From positions 1-60,908 of the forward strand of contig QMRC01000010.1 of assembly GCA_003649205.1 (NCBI GenBank): a stretch of DNA of 60,908 nucleotides, given 5' to 3'. This DNA is from Thermoprotei archaeon. GTDB lineage: Archaea > Thermoproteota > Thermoprotei > Thermoproteales > B15-G16. The notes under the pieces are model-generated. The model had not been told where the DNA came from and made no database searches. It saw nothing but the letters and a program-made list of their open reading frames with translations. This document shows, piece after piece, positions 17,595-27,020 of this stretch (positions within the stretch are counted from its first letter, which is position 1; each line of letters opens with the position of its first letter). Position numbers and translations under genes: made by a program.

Positions 17595-17888
17595 ATGGTT
17601 AAGAGAACTCACGGCTATAGAGCTAAGTGTAGGAAGCTACTGAGTAAGCCACCGAGAGAACGTGGTAGGAGCGGTCTAAGTAGGTTAATGTACGAGTACC
17701 AAATTGGTCAGAGGGTGCACATAGACATTGACCCGACGTACATTGAGACTGCACCACATAGAAGGTATCAGGGTAAGACAGGGGTCGTGATTGGTAAGCA
17801 AGGTAGAGCTTACGTAGTTGAGGTGTACTTGGGCGATAAGAGGAAGATCATCGTTACAACACCGGAACACCTTAAACCTGCTACCTAG
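17595..17888 (+). CDS. rpl21e: 50S ribosomal protein L21e
   Basis: HGYR, VHIDIDP, PHRRYQGKTG, PEHLKP. Confidence 0.95.
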   Translation: MVKRTHGYRAKCRKLLSKPPRERGRSGLSRLMYEYQIGQRVHIDIDPTYIETAPHRRYQGKTGVVIGKQGRAYVVEVYLGDKRKIIVTTPEHLKPAT

Positions 17889-19203
17889 CTCTCTCCTCTA
17901 CGTGTAGTACATCTAGTTCGAGACAGGTAATCTCCACGTTAAGCACCTCGCTGAAGCTAGGTTTTGTTCTACCGCTATCTCCTGTAGCTAACTCCTTGAC
18001 ATATAGGCCACCTTGACACTCAACCAGCACCTCAATTACCCTTGGTGCTACCTTTCTAGCACGAACCTCATAGAGGAGCTTCTCACGAAGTCGATCACCT
18101 CTCCTATGCAGTACTCGACTTGGAGTGTACTGCGTAATAATTACGTTCCTGAAATTCTCTCTTAGCTTCTCAAGATCTTCCTCCCTAACATCGTTTGAGA
18201 GAAGGAGAAGGAGACGATACACCTTCCTAGCTTTTTCAGAACCTAGCTTAAGCTCCTGAACGTACTTCCTATCAACAGCTCGCTCAAGTGAGAGTATAAC
18301 GTGTTGTGACCTAAATCTACCTATCACTACCTTACGTTCAATAGGCTTCTTAAACTCTATGATTACTGGTCTTCCAGTACCTATGCATCTAGCATCAACA
18401 TCTTCTCTACCAGCAGCATGCATTACGATGTCTTGACACAGCACCTTACCTGTAAGGAGGTTCCTGATTTCTTCTTCAACAGAGGTCGGTAGCTTCTTAC
18501 CCTGGAAATTACATTCAGGACAACCTCTTCCTCTACATCTAGTACAGATCCATGGATTTAGTGAAATTCCTCTAGTCAACTTAAGGTATCGACCTAGAAT
18601 TGTTATTGGTCGTGGCTCTATGTTCACTACCTTGTTGACTAAGTCAACTACTACTGTTATGTCAGGTTTCGTGAAGTCTACCTCCTTATCAAAGGCTTCC
18701 TTAATTGCCTTACCTATCCTCCTATTCAGCTCGCTCTTAATAGATTCACTGAACTCAAGACCATATAGTGAACGTAGTGAATCCTCACGTTCAATTATGT
18801 CTCCAGGAACTACTACACCGACGACAAACGTCGAGAACTCACCAGACCACTCCCTAATCTTAGATATGACCCACTCAGTAATGGAATCTACACTCCTCAT
18901 TAAGTCACCACATACGTAACACGGCTCTGCGGGTGGTACCTCGATACCTAATTGCTTGAGTACTTCACATGCTTCAACCATACCTGATCTAGCTAGTGCC
19001 TTCATAACCTCTACCCACTCCTTTTCACCATGGAGATACCTGCTATGTGCTTCCATTAGGATGAGAAGCTTCAGTGCTCTACCTCTAACGTCATTCTCTA
19101 CTCCTCTACCGAGAGAAGCGAAGAACCTACCTAGACAGGAATCACACAGCGGAACAGACTTAATTACTTCAAGTGCCTTCTCAAGGACTTTGAAGTTCTT
19201 CAT
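17881..19203 (-). CDS. pus10: tRNA pseudouridine 54/55 synthase Pus10
   Basis: LCDSCLGR, GRYLKL.RGI, AGREDVDAR, GGLYVKEL. Confidence 0.93.
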   Translation of the reverse strand: MKNFKVLEKALEVIKSVPLCDSCLGRFFASLGRGVENDVRGRALKLLILMEAHSRYLHGEKEWVEVMKALARSGMVEACEVLKQLGIEVPPAEPCYVCGDLMRSVDSITEWVISKIREWSGEFSTFVVGVVVPGDIIEREDSLRSLYGLEFSESIKSELNRRIGKAIKEAFDKEVDFTKPDITVVVDLVNKVVNIEPRPITILGRYLKLTRGISLNPWICTRCRGRGCPECNFQGKKLPTSVEEEIRNLLTGKVLCQDIVMHAAGREDVDARCIGTGRPVIIEFKKPIERKVVIGRFRSQHVILSLERAVDRKYVQELKLGSEKARKVYRLLLLLSNDVREEDLEKLRENFRNVIITQYTPSRVLHRRGDRLREKLLYEVRARKVAPRVIEVLVECQGGLYVKELATGDSGRTKPSFSEVLNVEITCLELDVLHVEERAR

Positions 19204-19206
19204 AGG

Positions 19207-19770
19207 CTAAACACCTAGTCTATCGAGTTGTGTATTCACAAGTACAATGATGTGATCAAGTGGTAAAGTACGTGAATCTACACTCCACAGTACGTGGTTA
19301 GGAGGTATCCTCACTAGCTTAAGTAGGTTATGTAGAGCTTCGATTACGACAACTACATCCCTTACTACGTTACGTAAATTCACTCTAGCACCTTTATAGT
19401 CACTTACTACGATGTACGTTGCAGGTGAGGAGCTACCAATTACCTGTGGAATGCTTACCTCACCTTTCAGTGATCTAACATAGATACCTGAGTGTAGTTG
19501 TCTCGTTCTTGAGCTATATCCTGCACTTTCCCTGAGGTACCTAATTACCTTCCTTAGTAATCCACCAGCTGATTGCTCATCTGCTCTCAACTGTCTTAGT
19601 TTGGAACCTACGAACTTTACATGAAATCCCTCTCTAGGGAGCACGAGGTGAAGTGTTGTGTCTCTCCTTATGGTATGTGAGAGGAGGAGTGAAGCTACTA
19701 TGCATCGAATGTAGGTGGGGTAATTCCGCTCTATTGAATCTAGAGTTGTGAGTAGAACTATGTGTCTCAT
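19207..19770 (-). CDS. TrmY/DUF358-like SPOUT protein (divergent)
   Basis: RCIVASLLLSHTIRRD, LRADEQS, SGIYV; next to pus10. Confidence 0.65.
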   Translation of the reverse strand: MRHIVLLTTLDSIERNYPTYIRCIVASLLLSHTIRRDTTLHLVLPREGFHVKFVGSKLRQLRADEQSAGGLLRKVIRYLRESAGYSSRTRQLHSGIYVRSLKGEVSIPQVIGSSSPATYIVVSDYKGARVNLRNVVRDVVVVIEALHNLLKLVRIPPNHVLWSVDSRTLPLDHIIVLVNTQLDRLGV

Positions 19771-21116
19771 AGACCGAGGTCTAGACCTGTCTCAAAATGT
19801 TTGGTAAAGTACTTAGCTAGTAATTTCTCCCTTCTTCTACCCAACTTACTCACCTTCTTGAATATCTCGTATGCTTGGAGTAATTCCTTGACGTCTCTTA
19901 CTGTTGTTCCTGATCCTCTAGCTATTCTCCTCATTCTCGAGGCATTTATTATCTCGGGATTGAGTAGTTCCTCTAAGGTCATTGACTTCAATATAGCGTA
20001 CCACTTCCTTAGCTTTTCCTCACCAATCTTCATCTGCTCCTCACCGAGTGGTAGTAGAGAGAAGCCGGGTATTAGCTCAAGTACTTTGCGTAGTGGTCCC
20101 ATCTTCATTATCGCTTCAAGCTGCTTCATGAAGGTTAGTAGGGTCACCTTCTTCGTCTTACTGATTTCCTCCATTAACTTCATATGCTCTTCAACTGCCT
20201 TCATTCGCTCAATGAGGCCAACTATGTCACCCATGCCTAGTAATCTCGAAACAAATCTTGGTGGATCAAAGACCTCTATGTCCTCAACATCCTCTCCTAA
20301 ACCAACAAACTTGATCTTAGCTCCCGTCTCTACAACTGCCATTAAGGCACCTCCACCTCTTGCTGACCCATCTAGCTTTGCTAGAAATATCGAGTCTATT
20401 GCTGCTGCTTCCTTAAATGCTCTTGCCTGAGCACCTGCTTGCTTACCTATTGAGGCGTCTAGAACTAGCATCACTTCATCCGGTTTTATCTCTCGATATA
20501 TCTCACGTAGCTCAGCTATGAGGTACTCCTCCTTTCTATGTCTACCAGCAGTATCGACTATTATTATATCAACACCCTCTTCCTTGAAGTACTCAATACC
20601 TCTTCTCGCTATATCAACCGAATCCCTGGAACTCTTATCTATGAACACAGGGACACCAACCTTATCACCTAACTGCTTTAACTGATCCATAGCACCTGGC
20701 CTGTAGACGTCAGTACTGATGAGACCTACCCTAAAGCCTCTCCTCTTGTAGAATAGTGCTAGCTTAGCAGCACTCGTGGTCTTACCTGAACCTTCAAGAC
20801 CAACCAACAGTATTACGTATGGTCTCTTGCTAGGTAGTACATTCGGCTTCCTCTCACCACCGAGAACCTTAATTAACTCTTCGTAAATTGCTCTGAGTAG
20901 TAGTTCTCGCTTAGAGAATCCAGGTGGTGGTTCTTCCTCCTTAACTCTCCTCTCTATTGCTCTACACAGCTTCAGCACTAACTCAGCGCTGACATCAGCT
21001 CTCAAGAGGGCTCTCTGTATGTCTCTCAGTACACTCTTAACTAATTCCTCATCTACGTAAGTAGCTGAGAGTATCTTCTTGATTACTGAGGTAAAGCCTT
21101 CAATTAACTGCTTCAT
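19767..21116 (-). CDS. srp54: signal recognition particle protein SRP54
   Basis: GLEGSGKTT, DTAGRH, GMGDI, M-domain RIARGSG. Confidence 0.96.
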   Translation of the reverse strand: MKQLIEGFTSVIKKILSATYVDEELVKSVLRDIQRALLRADVSAELVLKLCRAIERRVKEEEPPPGFSKRELLLRAIYEELIKVLGGERKPNVLPSKRPYVILLVGLEGSGKTTSAAKLALFYKRRGFRVGLISTDVYRPGAMDQLKQLGDKVGVPVFIDKSSRDSVDIARRGIEYFKEEGVDIIIVDTAGRHRKEEYLIAELREIYREIKPDEVMLVLDASIGKQAGAQARAFKEAAAIDSIFLAKLDGSARGGGALMAVVETGAKIKFVGLGEDVEDIEVFDPPRFVSRLLGMGDIVGLIERMKAVEEHMKLMEEISKTKKVTLLTFMKQLEAIMKMGPLRKVLELIPGFSLLPLGEEQMKIGEEKLRKWYAILKSMTLEELLNPEIINASRMRRIARGSGTTVRDVKELLQAYEIFKKVSKLGRRREKLLAKYFTKHFETGLDLGL

Positions 21117-22189
21117 ACGCTCGTAGATATACCAGAGAACTTCCTAATATATTCCTCTAACCTACCCCTAATCACTATGCCAGCTCTAGGTGCTATCTCG
21201 AAAACTAATTTCTGTGGTTGTACATTCATCCACCTCATCTTGCGTATGAACATTACTCTGAGAACTCTACCGTAGATTTCCTCTAGCTTGAGCACAATAA
21301 CGCCAGAGGCTAGATACTCCTCAACACCGAATCTACTCAGTAGGTTACTTCCTGTAGGTATTTCTGATGTAAAGATCGTAGTTACGTTACCAAGTCTCTC
21401 AAGTGCGAAGACTAACTCTCTAACGTACTCTCTAACCCACAGTACGTCACTGTGACCGCTCTGTATTAGTGGTGCTATTGGATCTACAACTAGTCTCTGG
21501 ACATTGTACTTAGTGACGTACTCAACTATTGCATCGGCAACAGCTCTTGGATCAATGTACTGTCTCTCACCTCTAGCATATAGTCTGAAGTGAGTTCTGA
21601 GATCTACGAAGTGTAGTAATCCATCGTCAATTAGTCTATCTACATCCCACTCCAGTGTCCTTAGTCCTCTAATCACGTGTTCAGAAGGTTCGTCGATTGA
21701 TACGTAGAGACCCGACTCACCCATGAGGGCTCCAGTTACTAGGAACTGTAGTGAGAATATTGTCTTTCCCGTACCTGCTTCACCAGATATTAGGTATGTC
21801 TTGCCCCTCCAGAAGCCACCCTGTAGAACCTCATCTAGACCCTGTATACCCGTTGGTGCTTTAAACTCGCTTGTCTGAACTCTAGTCATGTGAGCTTGAG
21901 ATTCCGGGACTGCTTGCTGTACTGGTACTGTATGTACTTGTGGTTGGGGTGTGTACGTGGGTGTGTACTGTACCTCCGTCGTAGTTGGAGGCTGTACTTG
22001 AGGTTGAGTTACTGGGATTGTTCTGTTCTCCCTCACTACCTCTTCGCGTGATAGATGGAGACATGGTGGGTCATCGGGGTTCTCAATGATGATACCACCA
22101 TAGGTTGGATGTAGGCAGAGACCTGAATCCTCATCATAGTATATGCATTTCCTACACGTGTACTTCTTCCTTCGTCTAAAGAGACCCAC
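21113..22189 (-). CDS. KaiC-like RecA-superfamily ATPase with N-terminal Cys cluster and P/Q/T linker
   Basis: TGIQGLD, GEAGTGKT, SIDE, VVDP, GVEEYLASG, IRKMR. Confidence 0.85.
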   Translation of the reverse strand: MGLFRRRKKYTCRKCIYYDEDSGLCLHPTYGGIIIENPDDPPCLHLSREEVVRENRTIPVTQPQVQPPTTTEVQYTPTYTPQPQVHTVPVQQAVPESQAHMTRVQTSEFKAPTGIQGLDEVLQGGFWRGKTYLISGEAGTGKTIFSLQFLVTGALMGESGLYVSIDEPSEHVIRGLRTLEWDVDRLIDDGLLHFVDLRTHFRLYARGERQYIDPRAVADAIVEYVTKYNVQRLVVDPIAPLIQSGHSDVLWVREYVRELVFALERLGNVTTIFTSEIPTGSNLLSRFGVEEYLASGVIVLKLEEIYGRVLRVMFIRKMRWMNVQPQKLVFEIAPRAGIVIRGRLEEYIRKFSGISTSV

Positions 22190-22258
22190 ATTTAACTACC
22201 TCGGTATCTATCTACCTGTATTACCTGAAAAAATATACTTATATCGCTTAACCAATGT

Positions 22259-23872
22259 CTATCTCGGAACTACACGAATTCTAACACCGTACTTACTACT
22301 TAGCGCTTCAAGTTTCTTTCTGCAACGGGCATTTACGATATCGTAGTGTCTATCCGGTACGTAGATGTTTATTGTTGATTCATCAATTACCTCGATGTCT
22401 ATGTTTTCTGGTGCTACGTACTTGCTAATTATCTTCTTAGCTCTACTTATGACCTTTCTTAGGCCTCTCTCGATCTGAAGTCTCCTAACCGGGACAACGA
22501 AGGTCTGCTCACCAAATACATAGATCTCGTACTCAGGTTCCTCAGTTAAGAAATCCTTAACGACAACAACTGGTCTAGCTAAGTCCTCTTCTCTGAGTCC
22601 TGTAGGTATCTTAACAACTAGCTCTAGTGAGTACACCTTGGTTACTTCGCCGTTCTTCATGAAGATCACGGTATCTATTATGGATGGTATCATACCTAGC
22701 TCAACTCTACCAATGAACCTTTGTATAGCATCGATAGGACTTGTGGCGTGTACCACACCAACCATACCGACTCCAGCAAGCCTTAAGTCCTTAAACAATT
22801 CGAAATCTTTCGTATCTCTCATCTCGTCAAATATCGTGTAGTCAGGTCTTGAAAGTAGTAGTACGTCATGTAGTTCCTCAGATGTCGCGAATGCTTTTGA
22901 GTATTGAGTAATCTCCGGTGGTAGTATCATATCTCTAGGTGCTTCAATTGTCTTCACTATCCTACCTTTCCTTAGGTAGAATTCAGCTAGCGCCTGTGCG
23001 AAGGTTGTCTTACCAGCACCTGGTGGACCTGCTATGAGTATTCCCTCAGCTTGCTTCTCAAGTCTCCTAATTAGCTTCTCAGGTAAGTTATAGTCTTCCA
23101 ACCTCTTCTTAATTATTGGTCTAACAATGGTGACTTCATATCCATCAGCTGTTGGTGGTTTCACTATGATGATCCTATAGTTTCTGTACTGAACGATAGT
23201 TGTGTTCGGTCGCTCAACTTCAATAAATGCATCTCCCCTCTTACTCTCTCTACAGTACTCAAGTATTTCACGAACAATGTTCTCGATATCGTTCCTCGTT
23301 AGTGGTTTCTCACCTACTTGAACTAAGTACCACATTCCTGGTCTACCTTTCTTCGCTGTCGGTGGTACACCCTCTTTGAGGTGAATAGACATTGTTTCGG
23401 AGTCAAATAAGTCCTCAAAGCTTAGCTTCTCCTTAACCCTGCGCTCAACGTATATGCAACGTATTCCAGAGGCCTCACATACCTGTTTCTTAACTTCGTC
23501 ACAGGTAATTACTACTGCATCCCAGTCCCGAGCTAGCTCACGTATTAAACTATCAACATCCTCAAGACTGAACACCCTATACCCACTAGGTACCTCACGA
23601 GTGAACTCAATAGCAACTTCATCTGATAGACCAAACTTAGAGATGAGATCCAGTACTTCACGAAGCTCAGTAATGCCTATGTACCCGAGAGATTTACCCT
23701 CATGAGCAAGCTTCTCGAAGTAGTCCAACAGCTTCGTATGTATTATCACTCTACCCCTGATCTCTCCACGTAGTACAAGCTCCTTAAGCCCGCCTCTAAC
23801 AAGTGCTGTGGAATCAGGTAGGTAAACATCCATACCTACTTCACGTGCAGTACTCATACCCACGTCACTCAC
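22259..23872 (-). CDS. PINA-type ATPase (PIN + VirB11-like ATPase + KH)
   Basis: YLPDST PIN start, SIHLKEG, GPPGAGKTTFAQAL, DEMR, GVVHA, EIYVFGE. Confidence 0.9.
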   Translation of the reverse strand: MSDVGMSTAREVGMDVYLPDSTALVRGGLKELVLRGEIRGRVIIHTKLLDYFEKLAHEGKSLGYIGITELREVLDLISKFGLSDEVAIEFTREVPSGYRVFSLEDVDSLIRELARDWDAVVITCDEVKKQVCEASGIRCIYVERRVKEKLSFEDLFDSETMSIHLKEGVPPTAKKGRPGMWYLVQVGEKPLTRNDIENIVREILEYCRESKRGDAFIEVERPNTTIVQYRNYRIIIVKPPTADGYEVTIVRPIIKKRLEDYNLPEKLIRRLEKQAEGILIAGPPGAGKTTFAQALAEFYLRKGRIVKTIEAPRDMILPPEITQYSKAFATSEELHDVLLLSRPDYTIFDEMRDTKDFELFKDLRLAGVGMVGVVHATSPIDAIQRFIGRVELGMIPSIIDTVIFMKNGEVTKVYSLELVVKIPTGLREEDLARPVVVVKDFLTEEPEYEIYVFGEQTFVVPVRRLQIERGLRKVISRAKKIISKYVAPENIDIEVIDESTINIYVPDRHYDIVNARCRKKLEALSSKYGVRIRVVPR

Positions 23873-24201
23873 ACATGCTACTTACCGTAACACAACAACA
23901 CGTCTCCCTTAAATCTCTACCTAAAAGAAGAGAAGAGAAGTGAGTAGGTGACATAGCGTGACGTATACAGGATAGGTCCTGTACCTACAACACCTCGGTA
24001 TCACGTAGGTAACTCACTGAACTAGTGAGCAATGAGCGAGCAATGTAGTATAATTTCGTTAAGGTATTTCAGTCCATGCGCTTAGGTAGGTGTGTAGGTG
24101 TTGATGGTTACCTGTAGTCCTCTACTAGCTATCCTACATGAGCTTCCTAAACTTAAATAAGTCCTTAGGACATTGTTTAGTTAGGCGAAGGTGTTGAGTA
24201 C

Positions 24202-24621
24202 ATGGATAGTCCTAGAGTTAAATTCAGTGTGATTGGTGTTACTCTAGCATCCGTAGGTATTGCTCTCGTGATATTGTGCTCTCTCTGCTGTATGGGTATT
24301 GCTTTGCTAGCTATGAGAGAGGCTCTCACGATGAAGAAGGTAGGTGTACCGACATTCATAGTCATGGCGTTAGATGCCAAGCTCTTAGCTGTTTTAGGTG
24401 TATTCACGTTGTTTCTCGGTATTGCAGCTCTCACTGCTATGCTAATGCACTATAGGTATCCGAGTGAGACAACGAGCCCAGGTCTAGCAATTCTACTGTG
24501 TTCCTTAGTGGCGTTAGCTCTATTCATGATACCTCTTGCATCGGGTCTCTACGTGTTCATAATTGGTGTCGTTGGGGCTATTCTCAGTGCTGCAGGTGGA
24601 TTAGTTATAATGACTTCGTAG
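24202..24621 (+). CDS. small multi-pass membrane protein (~4 TM)
   Basis: almost entirely hydrophobic; TTAAATA TATA-like box upstream; co-oriented with the JAMM gene. Confidence 0.7.
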   Translation: MDSPRVKFSVIGVTLASVGIALVILCSLCCMGIALLAMREALTMKKVGVPTFIVMALDAKLLAVLGVFTLFLGIAALTAMLMHYRYPSETTSPGLAILLCSLVALALFMIPLASGLYVFIIGVVGAILSAAGGLVIMTS

Positions 24622-24685
24622 CTATCCACTGAAGTCCGTGAAGGTTAGGTATTTAGTACATGGTGAGGTCACTAGGTCTGTATAG

Positions 24686-26473
24686 GTGGATTTCATGAGT
24701 TACGGAAGCTATGCCCTTCCTAAGATCTTGCTATCTAGGGGAGCCTTTAGGAAGGTATGTAAGCACGTGTACTCCGTTTTTGATAAGGAGGTTATTGGTC
24801 TTTTAATTGGTGAGATAGTTTATGAGGATACTCAACCAGTGGTTGTTATTTGGGATGCTATACCGGGTGAGGCGGAAGCTTCTGAAATTCACGTTAGCTT
24901 GAGACCTGAGTTCTTGGCAAAAGTCATGAACGATATCTTAACTGGTAAGATTAGTGGTCGAATCGTTGGTTGGTACCACTCTCATCTCGGTGTTGGTGTC
25001 TTCCTTAGTGAAGTAGATGCGAGGACCCAGTCAATGCTACAGCAATTTTCTCAGAATGTAGTTGCTCTCGTTGTTGATGTTATTCAGAAGAAAGCTGGTT
25101 TCTTCATTCTAAGGAATGGTCAGCCCATTAAAATTCCTAGAGAAAACATTCAGATGATCTCCAATGAGGAGATGACTAAACTTAAGCAGCAGATAGTAAC
25201 TAAGTGCTCGCAGACAATACTTGGGGGGAAGTCCATTCGAGTATCGATTGTACCTAGGAAGAGAATTATCTTCAGGAGGAAAAGGTCTAGTGCTCTATTG
25301 TTCGTAGCAACTATATGCATCGTCACTATAGTACTTCTAGCTACATTACTTGTCATGTATCGAGGTATACATTATCGAGGTGTAAGTAGGGAAGCTGCTA
25401 CATTAAGGGATTTGGTACGTAGTTACAACACTACTCTCTTCAAAATAGCAGAGAGTATAGGATGTGGGGGTAGGGAAGTTGAACTATCATCTCTACTCGC
25501 TCTCATGGTTAAGTACGGTGAGATGAACATCAGTAGTACTCAAGCTAACTTACTTACCTCTACTTGGCCTCTCTCACTTTTCATACTAAATGCGACAGGT
25601 AGTGTCGAAAAAACCTGTACCACCTTACATAGGCTAGATAAGGTCATGAACATTTCCTCGCTAAGTTCTACCCAAAGATACTTACTTCTTCACACACTCT
25701 ACTTACTGAGCGAGAAACTGGATGGTAATCTAAGCAAGGCTGTTGACGTACTTATCAAGCTTTACAGAGCTATCGAGGAATGTGGTGGTGATCTAGCTAC
25801 TACTCACTCGTTAATTGAGTACGTTAGCTCATCTACTCTAGATGCCATATGGGAGGTACGAGATGATGAGAAGTTGGTTAGTAAGGTGTGTCTTCTACTT
25901 AAGCTTCAAGAGGTAAATCCAAAGCTACTGAGTTATGATGTTATTGAGTTGACTCTCTGGTTGAGAAATTTAGAGGGTTTAGGTATTGGGTGGATTACAT
26001 TAGCTAGAATTAACATGTCGAATATTGAGGATTTAGGAGCTTTCCCTCTTAACTTAACGCTTTTTGTAAATGGTTCTTCGAGGGGAAGTGTGGTGATTTC
26101 GCTAGAGAATCTAGTGAATGTACTGGAGCTACTTCATCTGAAGTATGGTGATTTGGTGTCGATGGGAAATAGCTTAGTCATAACATCGTCGAGAGGTGTT
26201 AGGTCTATTAAGCTTCTCGTGAATGAGCCTAAGAGTGCTGTGGTAATCCTCAAGATTGGGACTCACATGATCAAGTTAGGTACTGGTAGGAGTTTTAACA
26301 TATGTATTGTACTCAATCCTCCACTACCTAAGGAACTTATTGAGAAGCTCCTGTTTGGTGAAGGTCTTTTAAAGGTCACTATTAATGGTAGGGAGGTATC
26401 GCTAAGGTTTAGTAGTGAGCAGACTAGTCTTAAGGAAGGAATCCTAGTATACACAGTTCGTAGTGCTCAGTGA
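24686..26473 (+). CDS. Rpn11-like JAMM/MPN+ metalloprotease with central TM helix and large C-terminal domain
   Basis: KEVIGLLIG, IVGWYHSHLGVGVFLSEVD (H-x-H-x7-S-x2-D), ALVVD; basic RKRIIFRRKR followed by a TM helix. Confidence 0.88.
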   Translation: MDFMSYGSYALPKILLSRGAFRKVCKHVYSVFDKEVIGLLIGEIVYEDTQPVVVIWDAIPGEAEASEIHVSLRPEFLAKVMNDILTGKISGRIVGWYHSHLGVGVFLSEVDARTQSMLQQFSQNVVALVVDVIQKKAGFFILRNGQPIKIPRENIQMISNEEMTKLKQQIVTKCSQTILGGKSIRVSIVPRKRIIFRRKRSSALLFVATICIVTIVLLATLLVMYRGIHYRGVSREAATLRDLVRSYNTTLFKIAESIGCGGREVELSSLLALMVKYGEMNISSTQANLLTSTWPLSLFILNATGSVEKTCTTLHRLDKVMNISSLSSTQRYLLLHTLYLLSEKLDGNLSKAVDVLIKLYRAIEECGGDLATTHSLIEYVSSSTLDAIWEVRDDEKLVSKVCLLLKLQEVNPKLLSYDVIELTLWLRNLEGLGIGWITLARINMSNIEDLGAFPLNLTLFVNGSSRGSVVISLENLVNVLELLHLKYGDLVSMGNSLVITSSRGVRSIKLLVNEPKSAVVILKIGTHMIKLGTGRSFNICIVLNPPLPKELIEKLLFGEGLLKVTINGREVSLRFSSEQTSLKEGILVYTVRSAQ

Positions 26474-26546
26474 TGTAAGTCAGGGAAAGTTAAATAAACT
26501 ACCTTCGTAAGTTCCAATTGTCAGCACGTGTTACTTGGGTGTGAAA

Positions 26547-27005
26547 ATGGTTAAAATTTGTCCAAAGTGTGGTAAGGAAAATCCGGACGAAGCATCATAT
26601 TGCTTGCACTGTGGTGCACAGTTAGGTGCTGCACCATCAGCACCTGTAGCGAAGCCACCACCTACTGTTACCGTGACGAAGCCACCTGTAACTGCTAAGC
26701 CAGTACCTACAGCACCGGCAGTCACAGCACCTAGACTACCAACAGTAACATCAACTATAATAAGACCACCAGGGATGTGCTTCTACCATCCACAGATACC
26801 TGCTAAGTACATCTGTAGCAGATGTGGAAGACCAATCTGCGAAAACTGCGCAACGGAAATTGGAGGACTGATCCTATGTCCTCAGTGCGCAGCAGGTATA
26901 GCACCTATTAGAGGAAGAAGCTATTGGTGGATAGCGGTAATTGTTGGTGTTGCTATTGCCGCAGCCATAGCCTTCGTAATACTGTTCTTCCCAACAGTAC
27001 CCTAA
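26547..27005 (+). CDS. zinc ribbon + Pro/Thr linker + B-box-like Zn finger + C-terminal TM anchor
   Basis: CPKCG..CLHCG; CFYH..CSRC..ICENC..LCPQC; C-terminal WWIAVIVGVAIAAAIAFVILFF. Confidence 0.8.
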   Translation: MVKICPKCGKENPDEASYCLHCGAQLGAAPSAPVAKPPPTVTVTKPPVTAKPVPTAPAVTAPRLPTVTSTIIRPPGMCFYHPQIPAKYICSRCGRPICENCATEIGGLILCPQCAAGIAPIRGRSYWWIAVIVGVAIAAAIAFVILFFPTVP

Positions 27006-27020
27006 GCTTGTCGGAGAAAG

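Noticed and set aside
19762-20430. 222-aa plus-strand ORF (also 27088-27792, 234 aa)
   Set aside because: Ser-rich antisense shadows of srp54 and of the coiled-coil gene
22259-23872. Secretion or pilus ATPase belonging to the ubiquitin locus
   Set aside because: PIN-ATPase-KH architecture is the widely conserved archaeal PINA; it is divergently transcribed and part of the core
23873-24201. 330-nt intergenic gap as ncRNA or small ORF
   Set aside because: No C/D boxes, strong hairpin or convincing ORF found by eye; compatible with divergent promoters
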